57,958 nucleotides of DNA from an uncultured Christensenella sp. (lineage in GTDB: Bacteria > Bacillota > Clostridia > Christensenellales > UBA1242): assembly GCA_949295755.1 (NCBI GenBank), contig CASFMG010000012.1:1-57958 (forward strand), read 5' to 3'. This document shows, one piece after another, positions 10,051-19,139 of the stretch. A model generated the notes under the pieces. It was not told where the DNA came from. It saw nothing but the letters and a program-made list of their open reading frames with translations, and did not search any database. The stretch's first letter is position 1, and every line of letters begins with the position of its first letter. Position numbers and translations under genes: made by a program.

Positions 10051-11085
10051 TTATCTTTGGTCGCTAATAGTTGCATTACTGTTATTATTTTGCAAATCAG
10101 CAACAGAATTATAAGGCACACCTGATGTTGTGCCATTTAATAGAGCAATATCAACAGCATTTGTTGGTTCTCCCCACGAATTGCCCGAAAACTGAAATAG
10201 TGCACCATCCACAACCCAGCCACGAGTATTAAATACAACATTGTGTGTAATAAATCCCGTTGAATTTGGGTTTAAATAGCCACTTTGTCGTAATGAATAA
10301 AAAATATTACCATCTATCCAATTATTTTGTGTTCCGCTTTGAGTAACGATTCCCCTATTGACCACCCAAGTATCTGAACTTCCCGACTGAGTTGGTCCAT
10401 AGATTATGTTATTTCTGACAACATTGTTATTCCCACCAATTTGTATAAATTCCACAGGATATGGATTATCGCTTGTAAATGTAAAACCTTGAATTTTATT
10501 ACCACTGCCTGTTATCAAAAAAGGAACAACATTATTTGTTAATAAAATTGTAGCATTTGGCTTAGCATCAATGGTTATATTGTTCTTTGATATAGTGGTA
10601 GTTGTATCCATTGGATAAGTCCCATCATACACGTGGATTGTGCCATTATTTGCTACTAAATTTAAAGCATCTTCAATTGTTGGTAAGGGTTTTGATTGTG
10701 TTCCTGTCCCTCCAATAGTATTACTTCTAACATATAAATCGTATGGATTTACAACATTGTTTCCCGCTGGACCGGTTGCTCCTGTTGGACCGGTTGCCCC
10801 TGTCGGACCGGTTGTCCCTGTTGCTCCTGTTGGACCGGTTGCCCCGTTTAAACCTTGTGGACCAGTTGGACCGGTTGCTCCTGTTGGACCGGTTGCTCCA
10901 TTTAAACCTTGAGGACCAGTTGCCCCTGTCGATCCTGTCGCTCCAGTTGCCCCTGTTGGTCCTGTTGGACCGGTTGCCCCAGAACCTCCTCCGTTTTGAT
11001 GAATATGTTTTATATAATAATTACAACATTTACTTTTTTTATTATAACATTTTTCATTGCATATTTGAGGATAAAAAAATTTCAA
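10051..11085 (-). CDS. Collagen-like triple-helix repeat protein with Cys-rich N-terminus and C-terminal right-handed beta-helix (pectin-lyase-fold-like) domain
   Basis: The ORF has no internal ATG before the repeat. The best start is the in-frame TTG at 11083-11085, preceded by a perfect AAGGAGG (11091-11097) with a 5-nt spacer; the track start (TTG at 11109) has no SD. About 25 uninterrupted G-X-Y triplets ([13 protein letters not shown]...GPAG). C-terminal part: [25 protein letters not shown] followed by N/G/T-rich beta-helix-like turns. No signal peptide is visible. Confidence 0.8.
   Translation of the reverse strand: MKFFYPQICNEKCYNKKSKCCNYYIKHIHQNGGGSGATGPTGPTGATGATGSTGATGPQGLNGATGPTGATGPTGPQGLNGATGPTGATGTTGPTGATGPTGATGPAGNNVVNPYDLYVRSNTIGGTGTQSKPLPTIEDALNLVANNGTIHVYDGTYPMDTTTTISKNNITIDAKPNATILLTNNVVPFLITGSGNKIQGFTFTSDNPYPVEFIQIGGNNNVVRNNIIYGPTQSGSSDTWVVNRGIVTQSGTQNNWIDGNIFYSLRQSGYLNPNSTGFITHNVVFNTRGWVVDGALFQFSGNSWGEPTNAVDIALLNGTTSGVPYNSVADLQNNNSNATISDQR
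10759..10989 (-). repeat. GC-rich in-frame tandem triplet (G-X-Y) coding repeats
   Basis: Reiterated ggaccggttgc(t/c)cctgtt units plus a longer duplicated unit encoding [16 protein letters not shown]. This is a local G+C spike in otherwise AT-rich DNA. Confidence 0.9.
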
Positions 11086-11221
11086 AAAAGCCTCCTTTTT
11101 ACATAACAATATATGTAGTTAAATATGCATATGACAATAAAAGGCATTTTCCATAGAAATATTTTTTAAAAAATATTTGTATGAAAAATCGATATATGTT
11201 AACTTAATCGTAGGAGGGAAT

Positions 11222-12100
11222 ATGAAAAAAATATTATTAATAGTATCTTTAGTTTTAGTTTTCAGTGTTTTTGGCTCAATGTTATATGCTTGTGGTAATT
11301 CTGCAAAAATGTATTCATTTGCAAATACAAAAGAATTATATGCGTTTTCTGTTGTGTCTGGAATGGAACTTGCACTAAACAATAATTCAAATAGTCAATT
11401 AAAACAAACACAAGAAGAATTTAACCGAGTTGTTGACTATGTTCATTCGTACTTGCCTACATTTGAAAGTTTTTTAGGAAACACGACTATTATTGCTCCA
11501 CAAGAACAGACTTCTGACAATAATTTATATTCTAAAATGCTAATTTTTTCTTATAAAGATATGCAAAATCAAGAACACAACTACAAACTATATTACAACG
11601 AAAGCGTACCATCACAAAATAATCGTCCCAGCAGAGATGACGATGACTATGAAGTTTCAACAAATTTAATTGGTGAAGTTGTATATAACAATAACTCATA
11701 TGAACTAAACGGGATTAAAGAAGTTGAAAAAGATGAAATTGAAATAAAATTTACAATTACTCTTGGAAATAATAAAAAAGTTGTAATTGAACAAGAAACA
11801 GAAAACGGTGAACAAGAATTTTCATACACAATTTACAACAACAATGTAGAAATATATAATACATCTATTGCAGTTGAAATAGAAAATGGAATGATAAAAT
11901 TTGAAAGTGAATACGAAAAAAATGGGCAAGAACTTGAACTAGAAATTAAGCAAGCAGAAAAAAACAACAATAACAAATTTTATATTGAATATGAATACAA
12001 TAATCAAAAAACAAGAATTGTAGTTGAAAAAATAAACGAAAATAATTCAGTTAAGTATGTATATTCAAACAATGATTACACAGTTACTAAAATGGCATAA
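11222..12100 (+). CDS. Lipoprotein of unknown function
   Basis: ATG at 11222 preceded by GGAGGG (taggagggaatATG). Signal peptide MKKILLIVSLVLVFSVFGSMLYAC with a lipobox-like LYAC followed by G. The longer track ORF (11177) lacks an SD. Confidence 0.8.
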   Translation: MKKILLIVSLVLVFSVFGSMLYACGNSAKMYSFANTKELYAFSVVSGMELALNNNSNSQLKQTQEEFNRVVDYVHSYLPTFESFLGNTTIIAPQEQTSDNNLYSKMLIFSYKDMQNQEHNYKLYYNESVPSQNNRPSRDDDDYEVSTNLIGEVVYNNNSYELNGIKEVEKDEIEIKFTITLGNNKKVVIEQETENGEQEFSYTIYNNNVEIYNTSIAVEIENGMIKFESEYEKNGQELELEIKQAEKNNNNKFYIEYEYNNQKTRIVVEKINENNSVKYVYSNNDYTVTKMA

Positions 12101-12105
12101 AATAT

Positions 12106-12133
12106 AAAAAATCACGAGGTTTCGTGATTTTTT
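12106..12133. terminator. Bidirectional rho-independent terminator between convergent genes
   Basis: Stem atcacga (12111-12117) / tcgtgat (12122-12128), loop ggtt, flanked by an A-run and a T-run. Confidence 0.75.
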
Positions 12134-12842
12134 ATTCTAAACTTTTTGATAATTCCTTTATTTTTTCTTCACTCATATCCTTAGTCCCGTTTAATCTATA
12201 AGGTATGTTTAACTCTTTATATTTATGAACTCCTAGTGTTTTATATGGTAAAAGTTCAATTTTTTCAACATTTTTTATGTTTTTTGCGTAATTTTTTAAA
12301 TTTATAACATTTTCTATTGTATCATTTATATTAGGAACAATAACCTGCCTTAGCCATACTTTATTGTTATTCTTTTGAACAGCACTTAAAAATTTATTAA
12401 ATTGTTCCATACTTTTGCCAGTTATATTTTTATAATTATATTCATCTGTTGCCTTAATATCCAAAATGACAAGGTCGGTATACTTTAATATTTCTTCGTA
12501 ATCGCCAAACCCCACCCCTGCTGTATCAACAGCAGTGTGAATATTATTTTGTTTACACAATTTTAAACATTCAATCAAAAATTTAGGTTGCAATAATGGT
12601 TCTCCACCAGAAAATGTAACTCCACCATCTTCTCCAAAATAATTTTTAAACCTTAATATTTTTTTTACTAAATTACTAGGTGTAATTTTTATGACTTTTA
12701 AATTTTTATTCCAGGTTTCTGGATTATGACAATATATACATCTTAGTTCACAACCTTGCATAAAAACAACAAACCTTATTCCTGGTCCATCAACAAGTCC
12801 CATTGTTTCTATGCTGTTAATATTTCCATATATTTTTTCCAT
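12132..12842 (-). CDS. pflA: Pyruvate formate-lyase activating enzyme (radical SAM)
   Basis: 236 aa. CxxxCxxC cluster motif GCELRCIYCHNPETW and the GGVTFSGGEPLLQ motif. Lies immediately downstream of pflB. Confidence 0.92.
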   Translation of the reverse strand: MEKIYGNINSIETMGLVDGPGIRFVVFMQGCELRCIYCHNPETWNKNLKVIKITPSNLVKKILRFKNYFGEDGGVTFSGGEPLLQPKFLIECLKLCKQNNIHTAVDTAGVGFGDYEEILKYTDLVILDIKATDEYNYKNITGKSMEQFNKFLSAVQKNNNKVWLRQVIVPNINDTIENVINLKNYAKNIKNVEKIELLPYKTLGVHKYKELNIPYRLNGTKDMSEEKIKELSKSLE

Positions 12843-12848
12843 ATCTAC

Positions 12849-15104
12849 CTATATTTTTTCGTGAAAAGTTCTTGCAATAACTTCTTCTTGGTGTGCCCTA
12901 GAAAGTTTATTAAAATTTACTGCATAACCTGACACTCTAACCGTGAGTGTTGGATACTTATTAGGGTTATTCATTGCATCAATAAGTTTTTCTCTATCCA
13001 AAACATTTACATTAAGATGATGTGCACCCTGCTTAAAATAACCATCAAGTATAGACACTAAATTTTTTATTTTACAATTATCATTGTTACCTAATGCATT
13101 TGGAATGATAGAAAAAGTATTTGAAACTCCATCTTGACAACAAGAACAATACGGGATTTTTGCAACAGAATTAAGTGAAGCAAGTGCACCATTACAATCT
13201 CTTCCGTGCATTGGATTTGCTCCTGGAGCAAATGGTTCTCCTGCTTTCCTGCCATCAGGAGTTGTTCCTGTTTTTTTACCATACATAACATTTGATGTAA
13301 TAGTCAAAACCGAAAGTGTGTGAATTGCTTTTCTGTATAGTTTATGCTTTTTAAGTGCAGAAATAAATTTCTTAACAATTTCCACTGCAATTTTATCAAC
13401 TTTGTCGTTATCATTGCCATACTTTGGATAATCACCTTCAACTTTAAAATCAGTTGCAATACCTTGTTCGTTGCGTATTGGTGTAACTTTTGCATATTTT
13501 ATTGCAGAAAGCGAATCGGTTGCAACACTAAGTCCCGCAACACCAAAAGCCATAAGTCTTTCAACAAAAGTATCGTGAAGTGCCATTTGACCTGCTTCAT
13601 ATGCATATTTATCGTGCATATAATGAATTATATTTAAAGCATCAACATATGTTTTTGCCACTTTGTCCAAAACATCAAAATAAACATTTTTTACTTCATC
13701 ATAATTTAAAACACCATCATTAACTTTTGCAACATTTTCAACAACTAATTTCCCTGATTTTTCATCAACGCCCTGATTTATACTATATAACAATGCTTTT
13801 GCTAAATTGCATCTTGCTCCAAAAAATTGCATTTGTTTTCCAACTTTCATTGCAGAAACACAACAAGCGATTGCATAATCATGCCCATAAATTGGACGCA
13901 TAATGTCGTCATTTTCATATTGTATACTATCAGTTAAAATTGAAATTTTTGCACAATATTTTTTAAAGTTTTCAGGAAGACTATTTGACCAAAGAATTGT
14001 TAAATTTGGCTCTGGACTAGGGTCAAGATTTATCAAGCAATGCAAAAACCTGAAAGAATTTTTTGTAACTAAACTTTTTTTGCCGTCGAGCATACCACCT
14101 ATACTTTCGGTTACCCAAGTTGGATCTCCGCCAAAAACTTCATCATATTCAGGTGTTCTTAAATGTCTTACAAGTCTTAATTTAATTGTAAATTGGTCAA
14201 CTAATTCTTGTGCTTGTTGTTCATTTAACACACCTTTTTTCATATCTCGTTCAATATAAATATCTAAAAAGGTTGAAACTCTGCCTAAACTCATGGCAGC
14301 ACCGTTATTTTCTTTAACCGATGCAAGATATGCAAAATATGTCCACTGAAATGCTTCTTTTGCATTTTCTGCTGGATTTGAAATATCAAAACCATATTTT
14401 TTAGCCATGTCTTTAATATTTTTAAGTGCCCTTATTTGCTCGCTAACTTCTTCTCTTAGTCTTATTTTTTCTTCGCTATCTATATTAAGCATAACATCAC
14501 AAACTAAATCTTTTTGTTTTTCTTCAATAAGTCTATCTATTCCATATAGGGCAACTCTTCTGTAATCTCCAATAATTCTACCCCTTCCATATGCGTCAGG
14601 AAGTCCTGTAATAAGCCCCGCACTTCTTGCTTTTCTAATATCAGGAGTGTATGCATCGAATACGCCATCATTGTGCGTTTTTCTTATCATGTTATCAAAA
14701 ATGGACGACATCTCTGTAGACATTATTTTGTGATAAGCATTAAGAGCGTTTTTCGCCATTCTAATACCACCAAAAGGGTTAACTATTCTTTTTAGTGGTT
14801 TGTCTGTTTGAAGTCCAACTATAACTTCATTATTTTTGCTAATATATCCCGCTGGAAAATTATTGATGCCCGATATATGTTTTAAATCGACGTCCAAAAG
14901 ATGCAATTTTCTTTCTTTCGCAAGCAATTTTTCACAAATAGACCATACTTTTGATGTTTTTTGGGTCCTTTGTGTTAAAAATTTGTCATCACCTTTGTAT
15001 TCTTTAAAATTATTGTCAATAAAATCTGAAACATTTATTTCTTGCTTCCATATTTCACCTTTAAAACCTTTCCAAATTTTTTTACTATTTTCCATTTTGT
15101 CCAT
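12849..15104 (-). CDS. pflB: Formate C-acetyltransferase (pyruvate formate-lyase)
   Basis: 751 aa. Glycyl-radical motif [11 protein letters not shown] near the C-terminus and the active-site Cys pair in [18 protein letters not shown] lies upstream of the ATG at 15104. Confidence 0.95.
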   Translation of the reverse strand: MDKMENSKKIWKGFKGEIWKQEINVSDFIDNNFKEYKGDDKFLTQRTQKTSKVWSICEKLLAKERKLHLLDVDLKHISGINNFPAGYISKNNEVIVGLQTDKPLKRIVNPFGGIRMAKNALNAYHKIMSTEMSSIFDNMIRKTHNDGVFDAYTPDIRKARSAGLITGLPDAYGRGRIIGDYRRVALYGIDRLIEEKQKDLVCDVMLNIDSEEKIRLREEVSEQIRALKNIKDMAKKYGFDISNPAENAKEAFQWTYFAYLASVKENNGAAMSLGRVSTFLDIYIERDMKKGVLNEQQAQELVDQFTIKLRLVRHLRTPEYDEVFGGDPTWVTESIGGMLDGKKSLVTKNSFRFLHCLINLDPSPEPNLTILWSNSLPENFKKYCAKISILTDSIQYENDDIMRPIYGHDYAIACCVSAMKVGKQMQFFGARCNLAKALLYSINQGVDEKSGKLVVENVAKVNDGVLNYDEVKNVYFDVLDKVAKTYVDALNIIHYMHDKYAYEAGQMALHDTFVERLMAFGVAGLSVATDSLSAIKYAKVTPIRNEQGIATDFKVEGDYPKYGNDNDKVDKIAVEIVKKFISALKKHKLYRKAIHTLSVLTITSNVMYGKKTGTTPDGRKAGEPFAPGANPMHGRDCNGALASLNSVAKIPYCSCCQDGVSNTFSIIPNALGNNDNCKIKNLVSILDGYFKQGAHHLNVNVLDREKLIDAMNNPNKYPTLTVRVSGYAVNFNKLSRAHQEEVIARTFHEKI

Positions 15105-15236
15105 ACCATCACCTCAATATATGAATATTATTTAGTCTATCACAAATAATTTTTTTTTAACAACCATTTGATTGTTTTTTTTAATATTGCAAAATATATA
15201 TGAATGTGTTATCATATCTGCAAGGAAGGAAATAAA

Positions 15237-16064
15237 ATGCCAATAAAAAAATTTTTAACAAAATTAACAATTATAACAACGGTTGTCGGAGCTCCTATTG
15301 CAGGAGGACTTTTAGGAAAATATCTTTCAGATGCAACATTTAATAATCAGCAAAAAGAAATTCAGAACCAAGAAAGATTTGATGGTGTTTCCGACTTAAT
15401 GTTACACAATGATTATAACACGCCAATTACAATGGATGTAGATAAAAATACTCCACTAAATGTTTCTTTGTTCAATTTTACCGATGAAGAAAGAAACGAT
15501 GCAATAAATGCAATTCAAGATTTAGACGAAATTAGTGAAAATATAAATTATAATATTTTACAAAACGACCATTCTAGTGTTTCACAAAATATAACTATTT
15601 CAAAAGTTTCTGAAGATGAATTAAAAGATATGTCTAGTTCTCCAGCACCCTTAGGGTACACAAGTTTTAGTTATGGTGTAAAAGACGCAACAATTATGTT
15701 CCCTGTCAATATTTATATAAATGAAAGCGTTGAAAATATTTACGATACCAATGGCGTAAGTTTATTATCTTATGTTTTAAAACACGAAATGATGCACTCA
15801 CTTGGATTTAAAGATATGTATACAGATGATTATTTAAATAAAACAATAATGTATTATCAAGTCTCTCCTGCTGTTGATATAAATGATTATACAGATTTTG
15901 ATAAGAAAAATATAAAACAAGTTTATGATTACTCAACCACAACACTAAATGAACAATATAAAAATGGAAATATAAAAGTTGAGTACCCTAAATTTTTACA
16001 GTCATTTTACAATAACGAAAAAAAATATAAAAAAAATATACTTGATGACGAATTTTCATTGTAA
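15237..16064 (+). CDS. Membrane-anchored/secreted zinc metalloprotease-like protein (HExxHxxGxxD motif)
   Basis: ATG at 15237 after AAGGAAGG. N-terminal hydrophobic LTKLTIITTVVGAPIAGGLLG. Motif VLKHEMMHSLGFKDMY. Confidence 0.75.
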   Translation: MPIKKFLTKLTIITTVVGAPIAGGLLGKYLSDATFNNQQKEIQNQERFDGVSDLMLHNDYNTPITMDVDKNTPLNVSLFNFTDEERNDAINAIQDLDEISENINYNILQNDHSSVSQNITISKVSEDELKDMSSSPAPLGYTSFSYGVKDATIMFPVNIYINESVENIYDTNGVSLLSYVLKHEMMHSLGFKDMYTDDYLNKTIMYYQVSPAVDINDYTDFDKKNIKQVYDYSTTTLNEQYKNGNIKVEYPKFLQSFYNNEKKYKKNILDDEFSL

Positions 16065-16087
16065 AAAAATGCCGTACGGCATTTTTT
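16065..16087. terminator. Bidirectional terminator
   Basis: Perfect palindrome aatgccgtacggcatt flanked by an A-run and a T-run, between convergent genes. Confidence 0.75.
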
Positions 16088-16088
16088 G

Positions 16089-16631
16089 TCACATATTTGA
16101 TATTCTCTTATCTAAATCTGCTATAACATTTTTATAAATTTCAAAAATTTCATTTGGCTTTTTATTCCCATCTTTTCTAAGCCATTCACAAAAAATTCTA
16201 TATATACCACCTGCTACAAAAGAGACATAGTAATCAGTATATTCTCTGCTCCATCCTTTTGTGTCTTGGTGCCTATATAATAATATTTCTCTCACTATAT
16301 CAACTATGGCAGAAGAAATATTGACAAGTAATTTATTTTTGTATGCAACTATAAAAAAATCGGAATTGTCAAATATAAATTCAAAACTTGACAAAATAAC
16401 ATTTTTACCCTCGTCCATATTTTTTTGCAATTTTTTTTTATATATAAATATTAAATTATCAAAATAATCACTTAAAATCATGCTTTTATTATTAAAATAT
16501 CTATAAATAGTTCGTCTTGACACTCCTGCTTTGTCGGCAATCATACTCATTGTTATTTTTTCATATGATGTGTTTTTCATCAATAAAAATAAAGATTGCG
16601 TTATGTATCCTCTAACTTCGTCTTTCTCCAT
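16089..16631 (-). CDS. TetR/AcrR family transcriptional regulator
   Basis: Start chosen at MEKDEV (ATG 16629-16631) after GGGAGAA. N-terminal HTH YEKITMSMIADKAGVSRRTIYRYFNNK. Confidence 0.85.
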   Translation of the reverse strand: MEKDEVRGYITQSLFLLMKNTSYEKITMSMIADKAGVSRRTIYRYFNNKSMILSDYFDNLIFIYKKKLQKNMDEGKNVILSSFEFIFDNSDFFIVAYKNKLLVNISSAIVDIVREILLYRHQDTKGWSREYTDYYVSFVAGGIYRIFCEWLRKDGNKKPNEIFEIYKNVIADLDKRISNM

Positions 16632-16760
16632 TATTTTCTCCCTTTTTAGTATGACACATATGTGCAAAAAAAACAAACTATTTTCGGTTATAGAATTTGA
16701 CACAAAAATTTTATATTTGATACAAATTTATTTTTTGACAAAAATATACTCATTTTATAT

Positions 16761-16788
16761 TTGCTAAATTTATATAATAATGTATAAT
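16761..16788 (+). promoter_or_regulatory. Candidate sigma-A promoter for degV-like gene
   Basis: TTGCTA (16761-16766), 16-nt spacer, TATAAT (16783-16788), 40 nt upstream of the ATG. Confidence 0.45.
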
Positions 16789-16828
16789 TGCTATAAGTAC
16801 ATACATAGTTGTATTTAAGGAGATTATA

Positions 16829-17662
16829 ATGATAAGATTGATAGTTGACTCAACATTTGGAGTTTCAAAAAAATATGCAAATGAAAATAAAATTGAAGTT
16901 GTCAATTTAAAAATGATATTAGATGGACAAATATACGAAGAAGGATTTGAAGATACATGGGACGAATTTTATGAAAAAATGAAAAAGTCAAAAAGTTTTC
17001 CAACAACATCTCAACCTTCTCCTCAAGATTTTATGGACGCAATAGATAAAATATATAAAGAAGATGAAAATGCCGAAATTTTAATTTTAACAATAGCAAA
17101 TTCTTTAAGTGGAACAATAAATTCTGCAACAATAGCAGCAAACAGTTATCCAAATAAAAGAATAGTTGCACACGACACACAAAATGCTACAACTTGTTGT
17201 CGACTTTTAACGGAAGAAGTTGTTGAACACATAAAAAACGGAATTAGTTTTGACGAACTTTTAGAAAAATTGCCAACAATAGAGAATGCACTTAAAATTC
17301 AATTTGTTCCAGATAATATGGATGCACTCAAACGCGGAGGCAGAATCGGAACATTAAGTGCAGCACTTGCAAGCATTTTAAAAATAAAACCACTTTTTAA
17401 ATTTGCAAATGGAAAAATAACAATAACCAAAAAAGTTTTAGGATTGTCAAAAGCGATTACCGACGCAATTTATGAATTGCCAAAAAAAATAAAGAAACTT
17501 TGTATATGTTATATTTATGATAGGATAAATGTTCCAATGATTGCCGAAAAACTAAAAATAATGTTGGGATTAACAAACGTTGAAGAAGTAAAATTGGAAC
17601 CAGTTTTTGGTGTCCATGTTGGAATAGGTGCAGTAGGACTCGCATCATTAGAAGAATATTAA
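16829..17662 (+). CDS. DegV family fatty-acid-binding protein
   Basis: 277 aa. SD AAGGAG. N-terminal IRLIVDSTFG, SQPSPQDF and LSGT motifs typical of DegV. Divergent from the TetR gene. Confidence 0.88.
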   Translation: MIRLIVDSTFGVSKKYANENKIEVVNLKMILDGQIYEEGFEDTWDEFYEKMKKSKSFPTTSQPSPQDFMDAIDKIYKEDENAEILILTIANSLSGTINSATIAANSYPNKRIVAHDTQNATTCCRLLTEEVVEHIKNGISFDELLEKLPTIENALKIQFVPDNMDALKRGGRIGTLSAALASILKIKPLFKFANGKITITKKVLGLSKAITDAIYELPKKIKKLCICYIYDRINVPMIAEKLKIMLGLTNVEEVKLEPVFGVHVGIGAVGLASLEEY

Positions 17663-17664
17663 AA

Positions 17665-17694
17665 AAAGAGGTTAGAAATAGCCTCTTTTGTTTA
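17665..17694 (+). terminator. Rho-independent terminator after degV-like gene
   Basis: Stem aaagagg / cctcttt with a 10-nt loop, followed by a T-rich tract. Confidence 0.6.
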
Positions 17695-17716
17695 TAATAA
17701 ATTTATAAAAAAACAC

Positions 17717-17745
17717 TTGATTTTAATTAAAAAATCGTATATATT
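17717..17745 (+). promoter_or_regulatory. Candidate promoter for tRNA-Ser
   Basis: TTGATT (17717-17722), 17-nt spacer, TATATT (17740-17745), about 15 nt before the tRNA 5' end. Confidence 0.5.
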
Positions 17746-17760
17746 AGAAGAGTTAGTTAT

Positions 17761-17848
17761 GGAAAGTTGGCTGAGTGGTCGAAAGCGGCGGTCTTGAAAA
17801 CCGTTGACCTGAAAGGGTCCTGGGGTTCGAATCCCTAACTTTCCGCCA
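17761..17848 (+). tRNA. tRNA-Ser (anticodon UGA), CCA encoded
   Basis: Cloverleaf folded by hand. Acceptor GGAAAGT/ACTTTCC; anticodon stem GCGGT/ACCGT with loop CT-TGA-AA; long variable arm GACC..GGTC; T arm TGGGG-TTCGAAT-CCCTA; discriminator G then CCA. Confidence 0.95.
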
Positions 17849-17857
17849 TGAACTTGT

Positions 17858-17890
17858 CCATCCGTACCAATATGGTATGGGTGGTTTTTT
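17858..17890 (+). terminator. Rho-independent terminator after tRNA-Ser
   Basis: 12-bp stem ccatccgtacca / tggtatgggtgg (two G-U pairs), loop ata, then T6. Confidence 0.8.
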
Positions 17891-17891
17891 A

Positions 17892-17918
17892 TATAAAAAA
17901 GTGGTATAAAACCACTTT
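17892..17918 (-). terminator. Terminator of the HEPN-like gene (minus strand)
   Basis: Stem aaagtggt / accacttt with loop ataaa, followed on the minus strand by a U-run. It lies 2 nt after the stop at 17920-17922. Confidence 0.7.
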
Positions 17919-17919
17919 A

Positions 17920-18951
17920 TTACTTTAATTCTTTAATTAAAAAGTTTGCAAGTTTTAAATCATTTGTCATTTCTTCAAATAGCAAATTAATATTATTCAA
18001 TACATATCTTAAATACTTCATATTTATAAACAACAAAATTAGTTTTATACAATCTTCTTTTGTTGCTATTTTATTGTATACACCATGAGCAAGATCATGT
18101 CTATTTATATTTTCTTTGTTTTGAATATTAGTATTAATATTGCATAATTCATAAAATGCCTTAATTTTGTCCCACCACTCATCATAATATTGCATATTTA
18201 ATTTTTCAATAAATTTGTTAATTTGATTTGTTCGAGTATTTCTTTTCGTTTTTTCATTTGTTTCACTCATTTTCATATATTCATTATCAATCAAAGCGAA
18301 TAGCGTTCTAGCGCATGAATTATAAGAATAATTTTCCAAACAAGAAATTGCCTCTTTTAAATCTCCAATTTTATCTTTTTGCAATTCACTATCAAAAATT
18401 TTTGCATCTAAAATCTCTGAAAAATTTAATTTTAAAGTTTGAAAGTTGTTTTGAGAATAAATCTCAGTAACATACTTTTCAAGATTCTCATCTAAAGTAT
18501 TTTTTAGAACTTCATCTGGCATCGTATAAAAGTATAAAATATATCCTAAACCTGCCAACTTTCTTATTTTTGACATATATTTTTCACTAAACAATGTTTT
18601 TCTATCTTGATTAATTAATAATATGTATGAACTTAGTTGTTTAAAATATTTATATTTTATTTCATCTCTCTTTTTTAATATATCATTTATTTTTGCAAAT
18701 TTTGGATATTTATTAAAATCTTGAATTACCTTAGCAAATTTAGTGGGTGCAGTTTCTTTAATTTTAAGCGTTTCTTCGAAATTTTTATTAATATCATCAT
18801 AAAATGGAATGTTGTTGTTTTGTAAAATTTGTTCCAAAGGAATTGCTTTTACTAATTGTTTATACTCATCCGTTATATTTGATAATTCATCATCTAATTT
18901 ATTTAATTTTTTTTCTTCCTCTAATTGTCTTTTTAATATAATGTCTTCCAT
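17920..18951 (-). CDS. Hypothetical protein with C-terminal HEPN-like domain (Rx4H motif NRHDLAHG); putative RNase/toxin-like effector
   Basis: 343 aa. SD GGGAGAG lies 4-5 nt from the ATG. The N-terminal half is charged and coiled-coil-like. The C-terminal helical region LKEAISCLENYSYNSCARTLFALIDNEY ... NINRHDLAHGVYNKI has R284 and H289 (codons 18085-18102). The domain call rests on motif recall only. Confidence 0.45.
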   Translation of the reverse strand: MEDIILKRQLEEEKKLNKLDDELSNITDEYKQLVKAIPLEQILQNNNIPFYDDINKNFEETLKIKETAPTKFAKVIQDFNKYPKFAKINDILKKRDEIKYKYFKQLSSYILLINQDRKTLFSEKYMSKIRKLAGLGYILYFYTMPDEVLKNTLDENLEKYVTEIYSQNNFQTLKLNFSEILDAKIFDSELQKDKIGDLKEAISCLENYSYNSCARTLFALIDNEYMKMSETNEKTKRNTRTNQINKFIEKLNMQYYDEWWDKIKAFYELCNINTNIQNKENINRHDLAHGVYNKIATKEDCIKLILLFINMKYLRYVLNNINLLFEEMTNDLKLANFLIKELK

Positions 18952-19106
18952 TTATCTCTCCCAATTACAATAATAATTTCTTTTATATTTTATCACATAA
19001 TTTAACATTTTGTTTAATTTTATTGAAAATAGTTTTTAAATATATTAATCAAATTTTATTATTTATTAAACAACAAATATAAAAACGATACAAACTGTAA
19101 ATTGTA

Positions 19107-19115
19107 TGCTATAAT
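19107..19115 (+). promoter_or_regulatory. Extended -10 promoter (TGcTATAAT) for the 19140 gene
   Basis: tgctataat at 19107-19115, followed by AAAGGAG (19128-19134) and the ATG at 19140. Confidence 0.55.
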
Positions 19116-19139
19116 AGGTAAATAAGAAAGGAGAATATT

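Noticed and set aside
10640-11156. Three plus-strand ORFs (90, 137 and 65 aa; e.g. [14 protein letters not shown]..) opposite the collagen-like gene
   Set aside because: They are artefacts of the GC-rich triplet repeat, which is open in several frames on both strands. Only the minus-strand G-X-Y frame has an SD-supported start and a coherent C-terminal domain.
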